NCBI GenBank assembly: GCA_964539135.1
Contig: CAZIFG010000001.1
Span: 83,713 to 147,712, forward strand
Length of the DNA: 64,000 bases
Direction of reading: 5' to 3'
DNA from: an uncultured Rickettsiales bacterium
GTDB lineage: Bacteria > Margulisbacteria > Marinamargulisbacteria > GCA-2716485 > CAZIFG01
Positions 31,101 to 41,371 of this stretch are shown here, in pieces; the first letter of the stretch is position 1; every line of letters starts with the position of its first letter. Position numbers and translations under genes: made by a program. A model generated the notes under the pieces. The model saw only the letters and a program-made list of their open reading frames with translations. It made no database searches and was not told where the DNA came from.

Positions 31101-31306
31101 TTTTCAATATTTGGGATGCTCCATAATTCTTTATTGGGATAGTAGGATAGGGTATCTGCTGTTTTTGTGCTTATAAAATGGATGGAGACGGTTTTAATAT
31201 TGAAGGATTGAAGGGTTTCTTGGAGGTATTTTAATATTTTGTCTTCGGAGAATCCTGTTTGGTATAAAAAATCAATAAAATCAAGTGTATTGTTTGAATT
31301 CGACAC
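28190..31306 (-). CDS. Multi-sensor SpoIIE/RsbU-type PP2C phosphatase fused to an RsbW-like HATPase (GAF-PAS-GAF-PP2C-HATPase_c)
   Basis: GGDYYDF, IADIIGKG, YTDG, DDFT (PP2C); LAINEAQANVIEHAY, DYGKG, GSGLGMFL (RsbW-like kinase); GAF ends FSRNEMTFLHTMANQLA and DDIETLSTITN. Confidence 0.88.
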   Translation of the reverse strand: MSNSNNTLDFIDFLYQTGFSEDKILKYLQETLQSFNIKTVSIHFISTKTADTLSYYPNKELWSIPNIEKLWLIKQISANPYKVENYFTYINHRENNPQIDQEQVIKDQKKFNYPCQDILYCTMPTTDKEIKVMVVMHNWADKKEISDVHTLCKTLKPLIENASMAMDQLIIHQRLESLLSDKQALTQRIKKDEENLRRRVLELTALHDTSNALSYTLNYTQITGILLDALVKVLNFEACSVLLLNFSPYGELIIRINTPLQTSIIEKLNENTISAISPFLKSELQPEKLKVSVEKNYTSLKKASKTDSIKSIANVPLIFKEEVIGMISISSTLPNAFSRNEMTFLHTMANQLASNLGRLKIIKELEKSKIESLIQSMKDPVMMLDEHHNLIIYNPPAAELIQIHSNEEHKFEKIAKKFQDLHILTLYESVVKNKKPCLNKEISHQNAVYSANITPVINNEAGQMGTVIVLRDITESQKAARINEQRLKVINQVNDVIQSIPNLEKLLSILMEFLLGIINASMGSIQLKQDKVFYSKVHSNFPDKIRRFYRLKKGTTISEQVINTKKRCIIENYSSNRIVDTEKIKILIDCYICLPIIIKDEVIGVVNIVRRKEDGTETLTKDDIETLSTITNLSGTAIHNAILYQEQLKKEKIDQELKVATDIQSKLLPSKLPNIPKLSFGAISIPARQIGGDYYDFFYLKDGKIGIVIADIIGKGIPAGLYMGMLKSMLHNHLKEFDSPSNALYKVNNVLHDDPVNNKFLPLIYGILDPETETFTYCNAGHEPGLFYSNHQFTLIESSDYPLGAFPDSEFSEKTLKLSQGDIIFLYTDGIIEARNKKGKSYGIKKLQKFIQENQNLPTKDLVLNLHEEILDFSESEPPHDDFTVVSFKYDMHYQNKEEVPLKIIEKTVTSSKANIKVIRDLTEKICKEIGFEDSDIFDIKLAINEAQANVIEHAYFGSEDGDILFKFEKYSDKLILIMKDYGKGTDQKTTKNRETDIKGLEGSGLGMFLINNIMDEVVFKPLHTGTELKLVKKIKKS

Positions 31307-31309
31307 TTT

Positions 31310-31675
31310 TTAGTCTCCTAAAATGGTTGATATCAGCGTGAGGACTTCTTCTACATCGAAAGGTTTATAGATGATGCCATAGGCACCTAATTTGAACGCT
31401 TCATTTAAAATGTCTGCTTGTTGTGTGTTTGCCATCAGTATAACAGGAAGTGTGGGGGTTGATTTAATGATTTTATCGCATAAGCTTTCTGTGCTCATAT
31501 CGGGGAGGCTTGTGTCTAGAAAACAGAGGGCAATGTCTGTTTCATTTTGAAGTGTTTTAAGGGCCTCTTTCCCTGTTTCTTTGGCGATTACTTCATACCC
31601 TGCTTGCATGAGAATAAACTCGAAAATAGACTTTATGGAATGGTCATCATCTACAATAACTATTTTTTTTGCCAT
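31310..31675 (-). CDS. Single-domain response regulator (CheY-like receiver)
   Basis: IVIVDDD, CFLDTSLP (phospho-Asp), YKPF; ATG start at 31675. Confidence 0.88.
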   Translation of the reverse strand: MAKKIVIVDDDHSIKSIFEFILMQAGYEVIAKETGKEALKTLQNETDIALCFLDTSLPDMSTESLCDKIIKSTPTLPVILMANTQQADILNEAFKLGAYGIIYKPFDVEEVLTLISTILGD

Positions 31676-31730
31676 AATATTCAACCCTTAATTCTTTTTT
31701 TATGAGATTTGGTTCATGGTATCACAGTTA

Positions 31731-31872
31731 GGGACTGTTGCGAAATGCCTATTTTGGTCGTCTGTTGTGTTATCTTCGTCCTCAAGTCCTCATTTATACC
31801 GTATAAACTCCGGGCTTTCAGAATCAGAATGCCTTGCAGCTGATCCAAATGTAGGCGTTTCGCAACAGTCCC
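31731..31872 (+). mobile_element. Full-length 142-bp palindromic MITE/RPE-like element
   Basis: TIR GGGACTGTTGCGAAA...TTTCGCAACAGTCCC; flanks AGTTA/AGTTG (4/5 direct repeat). Confidence 0.92.
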
Positions 31873-31954
31873 AGTTGTTAAAAATAGGGTATTCCCGATT
31901 TTTTTTGTGGGTGCTACAATGCCATACCAAAATTTAAAAAAGAGTTTGGTACCT

Positions 31955-32635
31955 ATGGAAAATATTAAAAACAAGAAGAAAAAAGACGATCGTTTTATTT
32001 TTCCCGAATGGATGAATTACTTACCTATGGTAGCGGCTATTTCTGCCGTAACTTTGCTTTCTGGCATTGTTTTTTCCTTTTGGTATTGGTTCAATAACAA
32101 CAATTTTGATGTAGGGCATCAGCCAAAACAGCCCATTCCCTATAGCCATCGATTGCATGCGGGAGATTTGGGTATTGATTGTCGGTATTGTCATACACAG
32201 GTTGATAAAGGACCTCATGCGACTTTACCTCCCACAGAAACGTGTATGAATTGTCATAAGACGATTAAAACCAATAGTCCCCATATTATTAAATTGAAAG
32301 AGAGTTTTGTGAATAATAAACCCATAAAATGGGTCCGTGTACATCATTTGCCTGATTATGCTTATTTTGATCATAGTCGTCACGTTAATTCAGGTGTTTC
32401 TTGTGTTGAGTGTCATGGTCGTGTAGATCAAATGAATGTTGTGCGACAAGTTAAATCCTTGAGTATGAGTTTTTGTTTAGATTGTCATCGGTCCCCAGAA
32501 TCTAAGTTACGCCCTTTGGATAAAGTTACGGACTTATCGTGGACACCCAAAGAGGATGATCCGGATATGGGCAAACGTTTAAGAGCCCTTTATCATATTA
32601 ACCCAAGAGAGGACTGCAACACATGTCACCGATAG
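31955..32635 (+). CDS. actA: Alternative complex III pentaheme cytochrome c subunit
   Basis: One TM helix and five CxxCH motifs (CRYCH, CMNCH, CVECH, CLDCH, CNTCH); QPIPYSHRLHAG. Confidence 0.92.
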   Translation: MENIKNKKKKDDRFIFPEWMNYLPMVAAISAVTLLSGIVFSFWYWFNNNNFDVGHQPKQPIPYSHRLHAGDLGIDCRYCHTQVDKGPHATLPPTETCMNCHKTIKTNSPHIIKLKESFVNNKPIKWVRVHHLPDYAYFDHSRHVNSGVSCVECHGRVDQMNVVRQVKSLSMSFCLDCHRSPESKLRPLDKVTDLSWTPKEDDPDMGKRLRALYHINPREDCNTCHR

Positions 32636-35600
32636 AACCTAAAAAAAAGTACTGGCGTAACATAGACACTAAGGATGTTCCGGAGTCTCAGAACACCTTC
32701 TTTACTCGAGAATTTCAAGAGGGAATGACGGAGCTTAAGGATGGTGTTTCTCGACGAGACTTTATTAAGCTTATGGGCGCTTCTGCAGCCTTGGCAGGAG
32801 TGGCGGGCTGTAGTAGCGTTCGTTTGCCCAAACAAGAAATAAAACCTTACGCTAAAATGCCTGAATCTGTGATTCCTGGTCAGTCCTTGCATTATGCTAC
32901 GGTTATGACTCAGGGTGAAAGAGTTACGGGTGTTTTAGTTGAAACCCATGAAGGACGTCCTACTAAAATCGAGGGTAATGAATCTCATCCTATGAGCTTA
33001 GGGGCTACCGGTATTTACGAACAGGCCTCTGTTTTGGATTTATATGATCCAGATCGTGTCAAAGAAACACAGCTTTCTGGAACTGTTTCTGAAGATTTTG
33101 AGGCTTGGGTTGCGTCTGCTCGAAAAAGATTTGGCGCTTCTTCTGGAAGTGGACTGGCGCTTCTGGTTGAGACTCAACTCTCTCCTTCTTATGTCAGAGC
33201 CTTGGACTTGTTTCAGTCTAAGTTTCCCAAGGCCGCTATTTATAGATATGATTCTGTAAATCGGGATTCTTTAATTTCAGGACTTCGTCAAGCGACGGGA
33301 CGTTCTGTTGTTCCTCATTATCATTTTTCTCTTGCAGATGTTATCGTGTCTTTTGGCGGTGACTTTTTAGGCAATGATCCTTTGCAAGTGCCTTATTCAA
33401 GAGCATTTGCGGATCGTCGAGACCCCGAATTGGGTGCGCTTAATCGTCTTTATGTTATTGAGAATCAGTATACCCTTACAGGCGCAAAGGCGGATCACCG
33501 TTTTAGATCCAAAACACAGGATATTGCTGCTAATGTTATTGGATTGGCGTTCGCCCTTCTTCCTAAATTGGGATTGGGCTCGTCTTTGGCTCAAGCTTTG
33601 GATGGGGTTGCTACGCCTCGTACTTCTTTAACAGCGCAAGAACTTTCTATTATTGCGGATGATTTGATTCGCAACTCGGGTAAAAGTATTGTTCTGGCGG
33701 GAAATTCTCAACCCGAAGTTGTACATCATTTGGTTTATTTAATGAATGAGGCTTTGCGTAATAATGGAACAGCGGTTACTTATTACCAGGTGCCTTTTGC
33801 GGATCGTTCTTTTTATGCACGTTCTTCTCAAAGTTCTATAGTGTCTTTGGTTAAGTCCATGAAATCTGGTGCTGTAGATACCTTGGTTGTTTTGGGTGGA
33901 GATCCTGTTTATAATGCCCCTTCTGATTTGAAGTTTTTGGAGGCTTTAAAATTTGTTAAAACAACGGTTCATTTGACGTCTCATACGGTGGCCACCACTA
34001 GGCATGCTCATTGGGTTTTAGGTCGTAGCCATTATTTAGAATCATGGGGAGATGCTCAGGCATTGGATGGTACCTTGTCTGTTTGTCAGCCTGTGATTCA
34101 ACCTCTGTATCGTACAAAATCAGATTTAGAACTCTTGCTTTTACTTTCAGGATCTTCTGATTCTGCTTATTCTTTTGTTCGTGAAACCTTACGGTCTGGG
34201 TATAATTTAGGGGATTCTTCTTGGGAGCCGCTTTTAAATTCAGGGGCATCTAAAGGGAATTCTACCGTGTCTACGACGGCGGCTTCGACTTCTATTTCAG
34301 GCGCTTTGAATGCCCTGCTTTCTCGCTTAAAGGCTAATAAGGGATTTGAATTGGTTTTTGCTCAATCGTACAGTTTGTATGATGGCCGTTTTTCAAATAA
34401 CGGATGGTTGCAAGAGCTTCCCGATCCCATTTCAAAATTAACCTGGGATAATCCCCTTATGATTAGTCCTGGAACGGCTAGAGATCTGAGCTTGGCTTCT
34501 GGCGATATGGTTAAATTGATGGGGTCTAATATCCAATTGGAAATGCCTGTTTTTGTTTCCCCAGGACATGCGGATCGTTCTTTGACGGCCTTTTTAGGAT
34601 ATGGACAATCTTCTATTGGGCGTGTTGGCGAGTCTGTTGGCTTTGATGTTCAACCTGCGAGACGATCCACAGCTATGACTCTTGTTACAGGGATTACGTT
34701 GTTAAAACTTAATCGTAAATACGATTTAGCTACAACGCAAGAGCATGGCAGCATGGAAGGACGCCCTCATTATAGAGAGGGAAGTGTTGACGAGTATGCG
34801 TCCAATCCAACCTTTGCTTCTGAAATGGTTGAAACGATGCCTTTAAAATCTCTTTTTGATGAGCGTCCCTATGACACGGGCTATCAGTGGGGAATGAGTA
34901 TTGACCTTGCACGTTGTACCGGATGTAATGCTTGTATGGTTGGGTGTCAATCTGAGAACAATATTCCTATTGTAGGTAAAAAAGAAGTTTTAATTGGACG
35001 GGATATGTCTTGGATTCGTATTGATCGATATTTTGAAGGGGATCCAGAAAATCCAGATGTCGTTGAGCAACCTGTAACGTGTTTACAATGTGAAAATGCA
35101 CCTTGTGAGCAAGTTTGTCCTGTTGCGGCGACGGTTCATAGTACAGAAGGTCTTAATGACATGGTTTACAATCGTTGTATTGGAACCCGATATTGCGCGG
35201 ATAACTGTCCTGTTAAAGTACGACGCTTTAACTTTTTTGATTTCCATCAAAAAAATCCTCAATCTCGACCTAAAAAACGATATCATATTTTTGATCTCAT
35301 GAAGGAGCCTGAAACTACGGTTCAGATGCAGTTCAATCCAGATGTTACCGTTCGGATGAGAGGGATCATGGAAAAATGTACCTATTGTGTTCAACGTATT
35401 AACCATGCACGACACGTTTCAGATAATGAAAAACGCAGTATTCGAGATGGCGAAATTCAAACAGCGTGTCAACAGGCATGTCCTGCTGAAGCGATTGTAT
35501 TTGGTAATATTTTAGATGCTTCTAGTAAAGTTGCTAAACTTAAATCTAGAAATCGCAATTATCATATTCTTGAGCAACTTCATTTGAAAGCAAGAACGTC

Positions 35601-35670
35601 ATATTTGGCGAGCATTCGTAATCCAAATCCTCGTTTAGAGAAAAAAGAAAAGGTGACACATCATGCTTAA
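32623..35670 (+). CDS. actB: Alternative complex III subunit B (Tat-exported molybdopterin-oxidoreductase-like domain + Fe-S domain)
   Basis: KKYWR, SRRDFIK Tat motif, [43 protein letters not shown]. Confidence 0.93.
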   Translation: MSPIEPKKKYWRNIDTKDVPESQNTFFTREFQEGMTELKDGVSRRDFIKLMGASAALAGVAGCSSVRLPKQEIKPYAKMPESVIPGQSLHYATVMTQGERVTGVLVETHEGRPTKIEGNESHPMSLGATGIYEQASVLDLYDPDRVKETQLSGTVSEDFEAWVASARKRFGASSGSGLALLVETQLSPSYVRALDLFQSKFPKAAIYRYDSVNRDSLISGLRQATGRSVVPHYHFSLADVIVSFGGDFLGNDPLQVPYSRAFADRRDPELGALNRLYVIENQYTLTGAKADHRFRSKTQDIAANVIGLAFALLPKLGLGSSLAQALDGVATPRTSLTAQELSIIADDLIRNSGKSIVLAGNSQPEVVHHLVYLMNEALRNNGTAVTYYQVPFADRSFYARSSQSSIVSLVKSMKSGAVDTLVVLGGDPVYNAPSDLKFLEALKFVKTTVHLTSHTVATTRHAHWVLGRSHYLESWGDAQALDGTLSVCQPVIQPLYRTKSDLELLLLLSGSSDSAYSFVRETLRSGYNLGDSSWEPLLNSGASKGNSTVSTTAASTSISGALNALLSRLKANKGFELVFAQSYSLYDGRFSNNGWLQELPDPISKLTWDNPLMISPGTARDLSLASGDMVKLMGSNIQLEMPVFVSPGHADRSLTAFLGYGQSSIGRVGESVGFDVQPARRSTAMTLVTGITLLKLNRKYDLATTQEHGSMEGRPHYREGSVDEYASNPTFASEMVETMPLKSLFDERPYDTGYQWGMSIDLARCTGCNACMVGCQSENNIPIVGKKEVLIGRDMSWIRIDRYFEGDPENPDVVEQPVTCLQCENAPCEQVCPVAATVHSTEGLNDMVYNRCIGTRYCADNCPVKVRRFNFFDFHQKNPQSRPKKRYHIFDLMKEPETTVQMQFNPDVTVRMRGIMEKCTYCVQRINHARHVSDNEKRSIRDGEIQTACQQACPAEAIVFGNILDASSKVAKLKSRNRNYHILEQLHLKARTSYLASIRNPNPRLEKKEKVTHHA

Positions 35671-37039
35671 GGATTCTTTTGATAAAGTAAAACGCGTTGT
35701 ATTGGTTCGTGGCGGGCATACCTTTAAAGGGGTTTCTGACTTGGTTGCTAAACCTATAGAGAGCCAGGCGCCTTCTTGGTGGGTGATTGCACTCTTAGCC
35801 TCTGTTTCATTGCTTTTGTTGTTAAAAGCCATGATTTTATATCTTTTTTGGGAAGGTATTGGGGTTTGGGGCTTAAATAACCCTGTAGGTTGGGGGTTTG
35901 CGATTGTTAACTTTGTATTTTGGGTAGGGATTGGCCATGCTGGCACCTTGATTTCAGCTATTTTGTTTTTGTTTCGCCAGAATTGGCGAACAGCGGTTAA
36001 CCGTTTTGCTGAGGCCATGACTATTTTTGCGGTTATGTGCGCTTTAATTTTTCCTGGTATTCACGTGGGAAGACCTTGGGTTGCTTATTTTATGTTTCCG
36101 CTTCCCAATCAAATGGCAATGTGGCCAAACTTTAGAAGTCCTTTGCTTTGGGACGTTTTTGCGGTGAGTACTTATTTTACAGTGTCCTTGTTGTTTTGGT
36201 ACGTCGGGCTTATTCCTGATCTTGCCTTGCTTCGAGATAGAGCTAAATCTAGAGCAAGACAGTTTTGGTATGGCCTTTTTGCTATTGGATGGCGTGGTGC
36301 GAATCGGCATTGGCAAAATTATGAAAAGGCTTATTTGATTTTGGCTGCATTGGCAACACCTTTGGTATTGTCTGTGCATTCTATTGTAAGTTTTGACTTT
36401 GCGGTGTCTCAGTTGCCCGGATGGCATACGACGATTTTCCCGCCTTACTTTGTTGCTGGAGCTATTTTTTCAGGGTTTGCGATGGTTGTGACCTTGATGG
36501 TTTTGGCCCGAGAGCTTTTTGGCATGAAAGATATCATGACTATGCATCATCTTGAAAATATGAACAAGATTATTTTGGCTACCGGAACTATGGTTGGGTA
36601 TGCTTATGGTATGGAATTTTTTATGGCCTGGTATTCTGGCTATGAATATGAGACTTTTACCTTTATTAATCGAGCGACAGGGCCTTATGCCTGGGCGTAT
36701 TGGATTATGGTGAGTTGTAACGTTATTTCGCCTCAACTTTTTTGGTTTAAAAAGATTAGAACCAGCATTCCTTTGATGTTTATCATTTCTATTTTTGTAA
36801 ACATTGGGATGTGGTTTGAGCGTTTTGTGATTACGGTTACGTCTTTACATCGTGATTTTATGCCGTCTAGCTGGGCGTATTATACGCCGACATGGGTGGA
36901 TATTTGTACCTTTATTGGTAGTTTTGGGTTGTTTTTCACTCTGTTTTTACTTTTCTTAAAGTTTTTACCAATGATTGCGGTTGCGGAGGTTAAAATGGTT
37001 ATGCCAGAGGCAGATCCTCATTATGGGGAGGAACACTAA
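35663..37039 (+). CDS. actC: Alternative complex III subunit C (NrfD-like quinol-binding)
   Basis: [45 protein letters not shown]. Confidence 0.93.
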   Translation: MLKDSFDKVKRVVLVRGGHTFKGVSDLVAKPIESQAPSWWVIALLASVSLLLLLKAMILYLFWEGIGVWGLNNPVGWGFAIVNFVFWVGIGHAGTLISAILFLFRQNWRTAVNRFAEAMTIFAVMCALIFPGIHVGRPWVAYFMFPLPNQMAMWPNFRSPLLWDVFAVSTYFTVSLLFWYVGLIPDLALLRDRAKSRARQFWYGLFAIGWRGANRHWQNYEKAYLILAALATPLVLSVHSIVSFDFAVSQLPGWHTTIFPPYFVAGAIFSGFAMVVTLMVLARELFGMKDIMTMHHLENMNKIILATGTMVGYAYGMEFFMAWYSGYEYETFTFINRATGPYAWAYWIMVSCNVISPQLFWFKKIRTSIPLMFIISIFVNIGMWFERFVITVTSLHRDFMPSSWAYYTPTWVDICTFIGSFGLFFTLFLLFLKFLPMIAVAEVKMVMPEADPHYGEEH

Positions 37040-37569
37040 TGAGTGACGTATTTTGCGTTTTAGCTGAGTTTGATTCACCGCAGTCTTTATATCATGCGGC
37101 TGAGCATGTTAGGGATAGTGAGTATACAGCGTTTGATGTTTATACGCCTTTTCCAGTTCATGGTATGGATCAGGCGATGGGTTTAAAGGAATCTAGACTT
37201 GCGCCTATTGTATTTATGGGTGGTAGTTTAGGCTTAATTTTTGGGATTAGTTATCAGTCATGGGCCTCTACTTTTGGCTATTCATTGGTCATTAGTGGCA
37301 AGCCGCTATTAAGTTTTCCCGCCTTTGTGCCTGTTTCCTTTGAGCTTATGATTTTATTTTCTGCTTTTGCCACTGTTTTTGGGATGTTTGGGTTAAATAA
37401 AATTCCACGACATTCGCATCCTTTATTAAAAAATGATCGGTTTAGAACTGCAACCTCTCATGGCTTTTTCTTGGCTATTGAGGCATCGGATCCTCATTTT
37501 GATGCGGATAAGATTGAAGCATTTTTAACAAAAATTGGTGCAACATCTGTTGAAAAGGTAGAGGGTTAG
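37039..37569 (+). CDS. actD: Alternative complex III subunit D (DUF3341)
   Basis: DVYTPFPVHG, ISGKP, FVPVSFELMIL. Confidence 0.9.
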   Translation: MSDVFCVLAEFDSPQSLYHAAEHVRDSEYTAFDVYTPFPVHGMDQAMGLKESRLAPIVFMGGSLGLIFGISYQSWASTFGYSLVISGKPLLSFPAFVPVSFELMILFSAFATVFGMFGLNKIPRHSHPLLKNDRFRTATSHGFFLAIEASDPHFDADKIEAFLTKIGATSVEKVEG

Positions 37570-37573
37570 TACA

Positions 37574-38107
37574 ATGAAAAATAGGTTACATGTCGCATGT
37601 ATAATTATGATGGTTTTTCTTCTTTCCGGCTGCAGGGGCGGAAGAAGTGAAAAGCCACCTATTCACTTAAATCCTAATATGGATATTCAATCTAAATTTA
37701 GAGCTCAAAGCTTGCCGTTAACGCCTCCTGATGGGGTTGTGGCTTCAGGGCCTCGTGAAAATACGGACACAATGCCGGATCTTACACGTGACATGTTGTT
37801 GCGTGGTCAGGAACGTTTTGCTATTTATTGTGCGCCGTGTCACGATAAGGCTGGATCTGGAAAGGGGATGGTTGTTCAACGTGGATTTCTTCCGCCACCT
37901 GATTTAACCTCTGATCGTATTGTATCTTATACCCATAAAGGTCTTTTTGATGTTATTACGGATGGTATTCGTACAATGCCGGCTTATGGTAAGCAGATTC
38001 CGGTGCAAGATCGTTGGGCCATTGTTGCTTATGTACGTGCCTTGCAAAAATCTCAAAATGCGTCGATATCAGATATTCCCGAAGCCATGCGCTCGGATGT
38101 GAAGTGA
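37574..38107 (+). CDS. actE: Alternative complex III monoheme cytochrome c lipoprotein
   Basis: Lipobox LSGC, CAPCH, MPAY, DRWAIVAYVRALQ. Confidence 0.9.
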   Translation: MKNRLHVACIIMMVFLLSGCRGGRSEKPPIHLNPNMDIQSKFRAQSLPLTPPDGVVASGPRENTDTMPDLTRDMLLRGQERFAIYCAPCHDKAGSGKGMVVQRGFLPPPDLTSDRIVSYTHKGLFDVITDGIRTMPAYGKQIPVQDRWAIVAYVRALQKSQNASISDIPEAMRSDVK

Positions 38108-38117
38108 GGGTTTTAGG

Positions 38118-39308
38118 ATGAGTAATACAGTTGTAACTATTCCAGAAGAACGATTAAATGGCCGCTTTTCCAAGTTATCCCGTAATTTATTGGGGATAGG
38201 GGGCCTTGCCTTATTGACTACGTTTGGTTTTTTTCTTAAAGATCATCATGCCGTTTTTTCTTACTTAACGTCATTTATTTTCTTTTTATCCATCACATTA
38301 GGGGCTTTGTTTTTTGTGATGATTCAGTTTATTTCACGTGCGGGTTGGAGTGTTGTTGTTAGACGGATTCCAGAGCTTATGATGACGAATATTTCCTTGA
38401 TGGCAGTTTTATTTGTACCTGTTTTATTCGGCCTTCATGAACTTTATCATTGGACCCACAGTGATGCGGTTGCTGCGGATCATGTTTTAAAAGGAAAAGA
38501 GCCTTATTTGAATTTGGCGTTTTTTGGTGTTCGTGTTCTTGTTTTTTTTGGGATTTGGATTTGGTTGTCTCGTAAATACTTTAAAGCGTCTACAGAGCAA
38601 GATGCTTCAGGTAATCCAGATTTAACCCTTTCAATGCAATCTCGTGCAACCTATGGCATTCTTTTATTTGCTCTAACCGTTACATTTGCCTTTGTGGATT
38701 GGGTCATGTCCTTAACGCCTCATTGGTATTCTACGATTTTTGGTGTCTATATGTTTGCAGGATGTATGGTTTCTTTTTTTGCTGCCAATTCTTTGATTGT
38801 GTTGGGTTTAAAGCGGTATGGCTTTTTAAAACAAGTTACCGTTGAGCATATTCATGATTTAGGTAAATTGATGTATGGCTTTAACATTTTTTGGAGCTAT
38901 ATCGCGTTTTGTCAATATTTCTTGATTTGGTACTCTAATGTTCCTGAAGAAACCGTATGGTATGCCAACCATTTTGTGGGATCTTGGCAGCCCATTTCTG
39001 TTCTTCTTGCAGTAGGGCACTTTTTTATCCCCTTTGTTATTTTTATGTCTCGACATGCACGTCGTCACTTTAAGTTCCATGCCTTTATTGCACTTTGGTT
39101 GTTGGCATTTCAGTTTTTAGATTTTTATTGGGTGATTATGCCTAATGCATCCCCTACAGGATTTCATCTTTCTATTGTCGATGTTACTGCTTTTATTGGT
39201 ATTGGGGCTGTCTATCTTGGTGTTTTATTGCGAAATTCAGATAAAGTAAGCTTGATTCCTGTTAAAGACCCACGCTTGTCTGAGTCTTTAAAGTTTCATA
39301 ATTTATAA
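38118..39308 (+). CDS. actF: Alternative complex III subunit F
   Basis: AGWSVVVRR, DWVMSLTPHWYSTIFG, HDLGK, IWYSNVPEET. Confidence 0.9.
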   Translation: MSNTVVTIPEERLNGRFSKLSRNLLGIGGLALLTTFGFFLKDHHAVFSYLTSFIFFLSITLGALFFVMIQFISRAGWSVVVRRIPELMMTNISLMAVLFVPVLFGLHELYHWTHSDAVAADHVLKGKEPYLNLAFFGVRVLVFFGIWIWLSRKYFKASTEQDASGNPDLTLSMQSRATYGILLFALTVTFAFVDWVMSLTPHWYSTIFGVYMFAGCMVSFFAANSLIVLGLKRYGFLKQVTVEHIHDLGKLMYGFNIFWSYIAFCQYFLIWYSNVPEETVWYANHFVGSWQPISVLLAVGHFFIPFVIFMSRHARRHFKFHAFIALWLLAFQFLDFYWVIMPNASPTGFHLSIVDVTAFIGIGAVYLGVLLRNSDKVSLIPVKDPRLSESLKFHNL

Positions 39309-39317
39309 GGAGTATTT

Positions 39318-39623
39318 ATGGCACACGAAGGCATCATTAAACATGATGAAACAGAACCGAATAGCTTTGTTTTGTATTTGGTTATTATTATTTCATTGGC
39401 GGCAATTGCGTTTGTTGTGGCTGCCAGTTTGTTCTATTACAATACCTCTGTGAGTGAGGTTTTGAATCGAAAACAAGAGACGGGAGTTCCTACGGATCTT
39501 CAAAAATTGAGACTTTATGAGCAAGAACGGTTAACCCGTTTGAGCTATGATAAATCTAGAAATAAATATATTATTCCGATTGATATGGCAATGGATGCCG
39601 TGCTTCGTGAAAATTCCAAATAG
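39318..39623 (+). CDS. Small single-TM protein, probable ACIII accessory subunit (ActG-like position)
   Basis: AAGGAG RBS, one TM helix, C-terminal IPIDMAM; lies between actF and sco. Confidence 0.65.
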   Translation: MAHEGIIKHDETEPNSFVLYLVIIISLAAIAFVVAASLFYYNTSVSEVLNRKQETGVPTDLQKLRLYEQERLTRLSYDKSRNKYIIPIDMAMDAVLRENSK

Positions 39624-40395
39624 GTTTCTTTTTCTTCTTTTCTTTTTTTGCCTTCCTTTTTATTCTGTGGCAGAAATGATGCCACCGGATTTAAAGACTG
39701 TAGGGATTGAAGAACGCTTAGGCGCTCGATTTCCTCAAGACTTAAGCGCGCTTAATCAAGAGGGTGTTTCTGTTTCTTTGGATTCTTATTTTAAGTCAGG
39801 TCGACCTGTTATTTTAAATTTAGCGTATTACTCTTGTCCCATGTTGTGTCATTTTGTGGCTACAGGTTTAGCGGAAGGGCTTAAACAAACTACCTTGAAA
39901 ATTGGAGAAGATTACGATGTTATTTCCGTGAGTTTTGATCCTGAAGATACGGTTTCTAATGCAAAACAATTTTCTAAGAAATACCAAAGCCTTTTGGGGC
40001 AACCTTTAGCAGATTCTCATTGGTCTTTTTTAATCGTATCTCCCAATGTTGTGGATGTTTTAACGGATTCTGTTGGGTTTTCTTATTTTAAAACTCAGAG
40101 TAAAACAGATCGATTTGCGCATTCCTCTGCTATTGTTGTTTTTACGCCTGATGGGCGTGTTTCTCGCTATTTATATGGCATTTCTTTTTCGGCGTTTGAT
40201 TTAAAAATGGCGATTTCTGAGGCAAAGTTAGGCCATCAAAAATCGACGGTAGATAAGCTTATGTTGTTCTGTTATAATTATGATCCTCAGTCGCGTAAGT
40301 ATGTTTTTTATGCGGTGAATCTTATGAAAGCGGGTGGTATTCTGACCGTAGTTTCTTTGGTTGGATTATTACTTATGTTTAGAAGGAAGCGTTAA
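39607..40395 (+). CDS. SCO1/SenC copper chaperone
   Basis: YYSCPMLC, FAHSSA, SRYLYG, LFCYNYDP; start uncertain (39595 or 39607). Confidence 0.9.
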   Translation: MKIPNRFLFLLFFFCLPFYSVAEMMPPDLKTVGIEERLGARFPQDLSALNQEGVSVSLDSYFKSGRPVILNLAYYSCPMLCHFVATGLAEGLKQTTLKIGEDYDVISVSFDPEDTVSNAKQFSKKYQSLLGQPLADSHWSFLIVSPNVVDVLTDSVGFSYFKTQSKTDRFAHSSAIVVFTPDGRVSRYLYGISFSAFDLKMAISEAKLGHQKSTVDKLMLFCYNYDPQSRKYVFYAVNLMKAGGILTVVSLVGLLLMFRRKR

Positions 40396-40398
40396 TTT

Positions 40399-41361
40399 AT
40401 GAGTGCTCAAAGTTTAATGAAAAGTGGGAGTTTATTTTTTCCTGAGGCCGTTACTGCAATGGGACCTCGTATTGATTTATTCTATTCTATTATATTCTAT
40501 GGTGGATGTATTTTTACGGTTGCGGTTGTTTTGATTTTATTTCTTTTTATTAAGAAATACAGACGAACGCCTGAAAACCCTGTTGCGATTCAACAGATTA
40601 CACATAATGATGCGCTGGAAATTACGTGGACTGTAATTCCTTTTATTATTGTGGTGTTTATTTTTTACTTTGGGTATAAAGATTATTTAGAATTGGTGGT
40701 TCCGCCTGAAAATGCGCAGGAAATTAAAGTGACTGGAAAGAAATGGATGTGGCAATTTTATTATCCCAAAGAAAACAAAACTCTTCTTAATGAAGTTGTT
40801 GTTCCTGTTTCTCAGCCTATTAAGTTTACCATGACGTCTGATGATGTTATTCATAGCTTTTTTGTCCCCAATTTTAGAATTAAAAAAGATGTTGTCCCGA
40901 ATCGATACACTCGTCTTTGGTTTAAAGCTGAAAAAGTGGGAACCTACCAAGTTTTTTGTACAGAGTTTTGTGGAGATGGGCATTCCAATATGCTCGCTGT
41001 GATTCGTGTTTTATCTCAAGAGGATTATGAAAAATGGTTAACGGAATCGGATACAGCTTCTTCTGATATGCCTTTAGACCAACTTGGAAAAGTATTGTAT
41101 GAGAAAAAAGCTTGTAATGCCTGCCACTCTATCGATGGGTCTAGTTTAACAGGACCTTCTTTTAAAGGTTCTTTTGGAAAACCACGTGGTTTAGCCAGTG
41201 GTGCTTCTGTTGTGATGGATGAGAATTATATTCGAGAATCTATTATGAATCCTACGGCTAAGGTTGTTAAAGGATATCCTCCTGTTATGCCTGCCTTTGC
41301 GGGGCTTCTCTCTACTCATGAGGTTGATGCTCTGATTGAATTTATTAAAGCACAGAAATAA
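40399..41361 (+). CDS. coxB: Cytochrome c oxidase subunit II with fused cytochrome c (caa3)
   Basis: LEITWT, DVIHSF, Cu[18 protein letters not shown] heme c. Confidence 0.95.
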   Translation: MSAQSLMKSGSLFFPEAVTAMGPRIDLFYSIIFYGGCIFTVAVVLILFLFIKKYRRTPENPVAIQQITHNDALEITWTVIPFIIVVFIFYFGYKDYLELVVPPENAQEIKVTGKKWMWQFYYPKENKTLLNEVVVPVSQPIKFTMTSDDVIHSFFVPNFRIKKDVVPNRYTRLWFKAEKVGTYQVFCTEFCGDGHSNMLAVIRVLSQEDYEKWLTESDTASSDMPLDQLGKVLYEKKACNACHSIDGSSLTGPSFKGSFGKPRGLASGASVVMDENYIRESIMNPTAKVVKGYPPVMPAFAGLLSTHEVDALIEFIKAQK

Positions 41362-41371
41362 GGAGAATATG

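Noticed and set aside
32623-35670. ActB as a catalytic molybdoenzyme (e.g. polysulfide reductase)
   Set aside because: The actA-F context and the fused Fe-S domain identify ACIII subunit B, whose molybdopterin-like domain is known to be non-catalytic.
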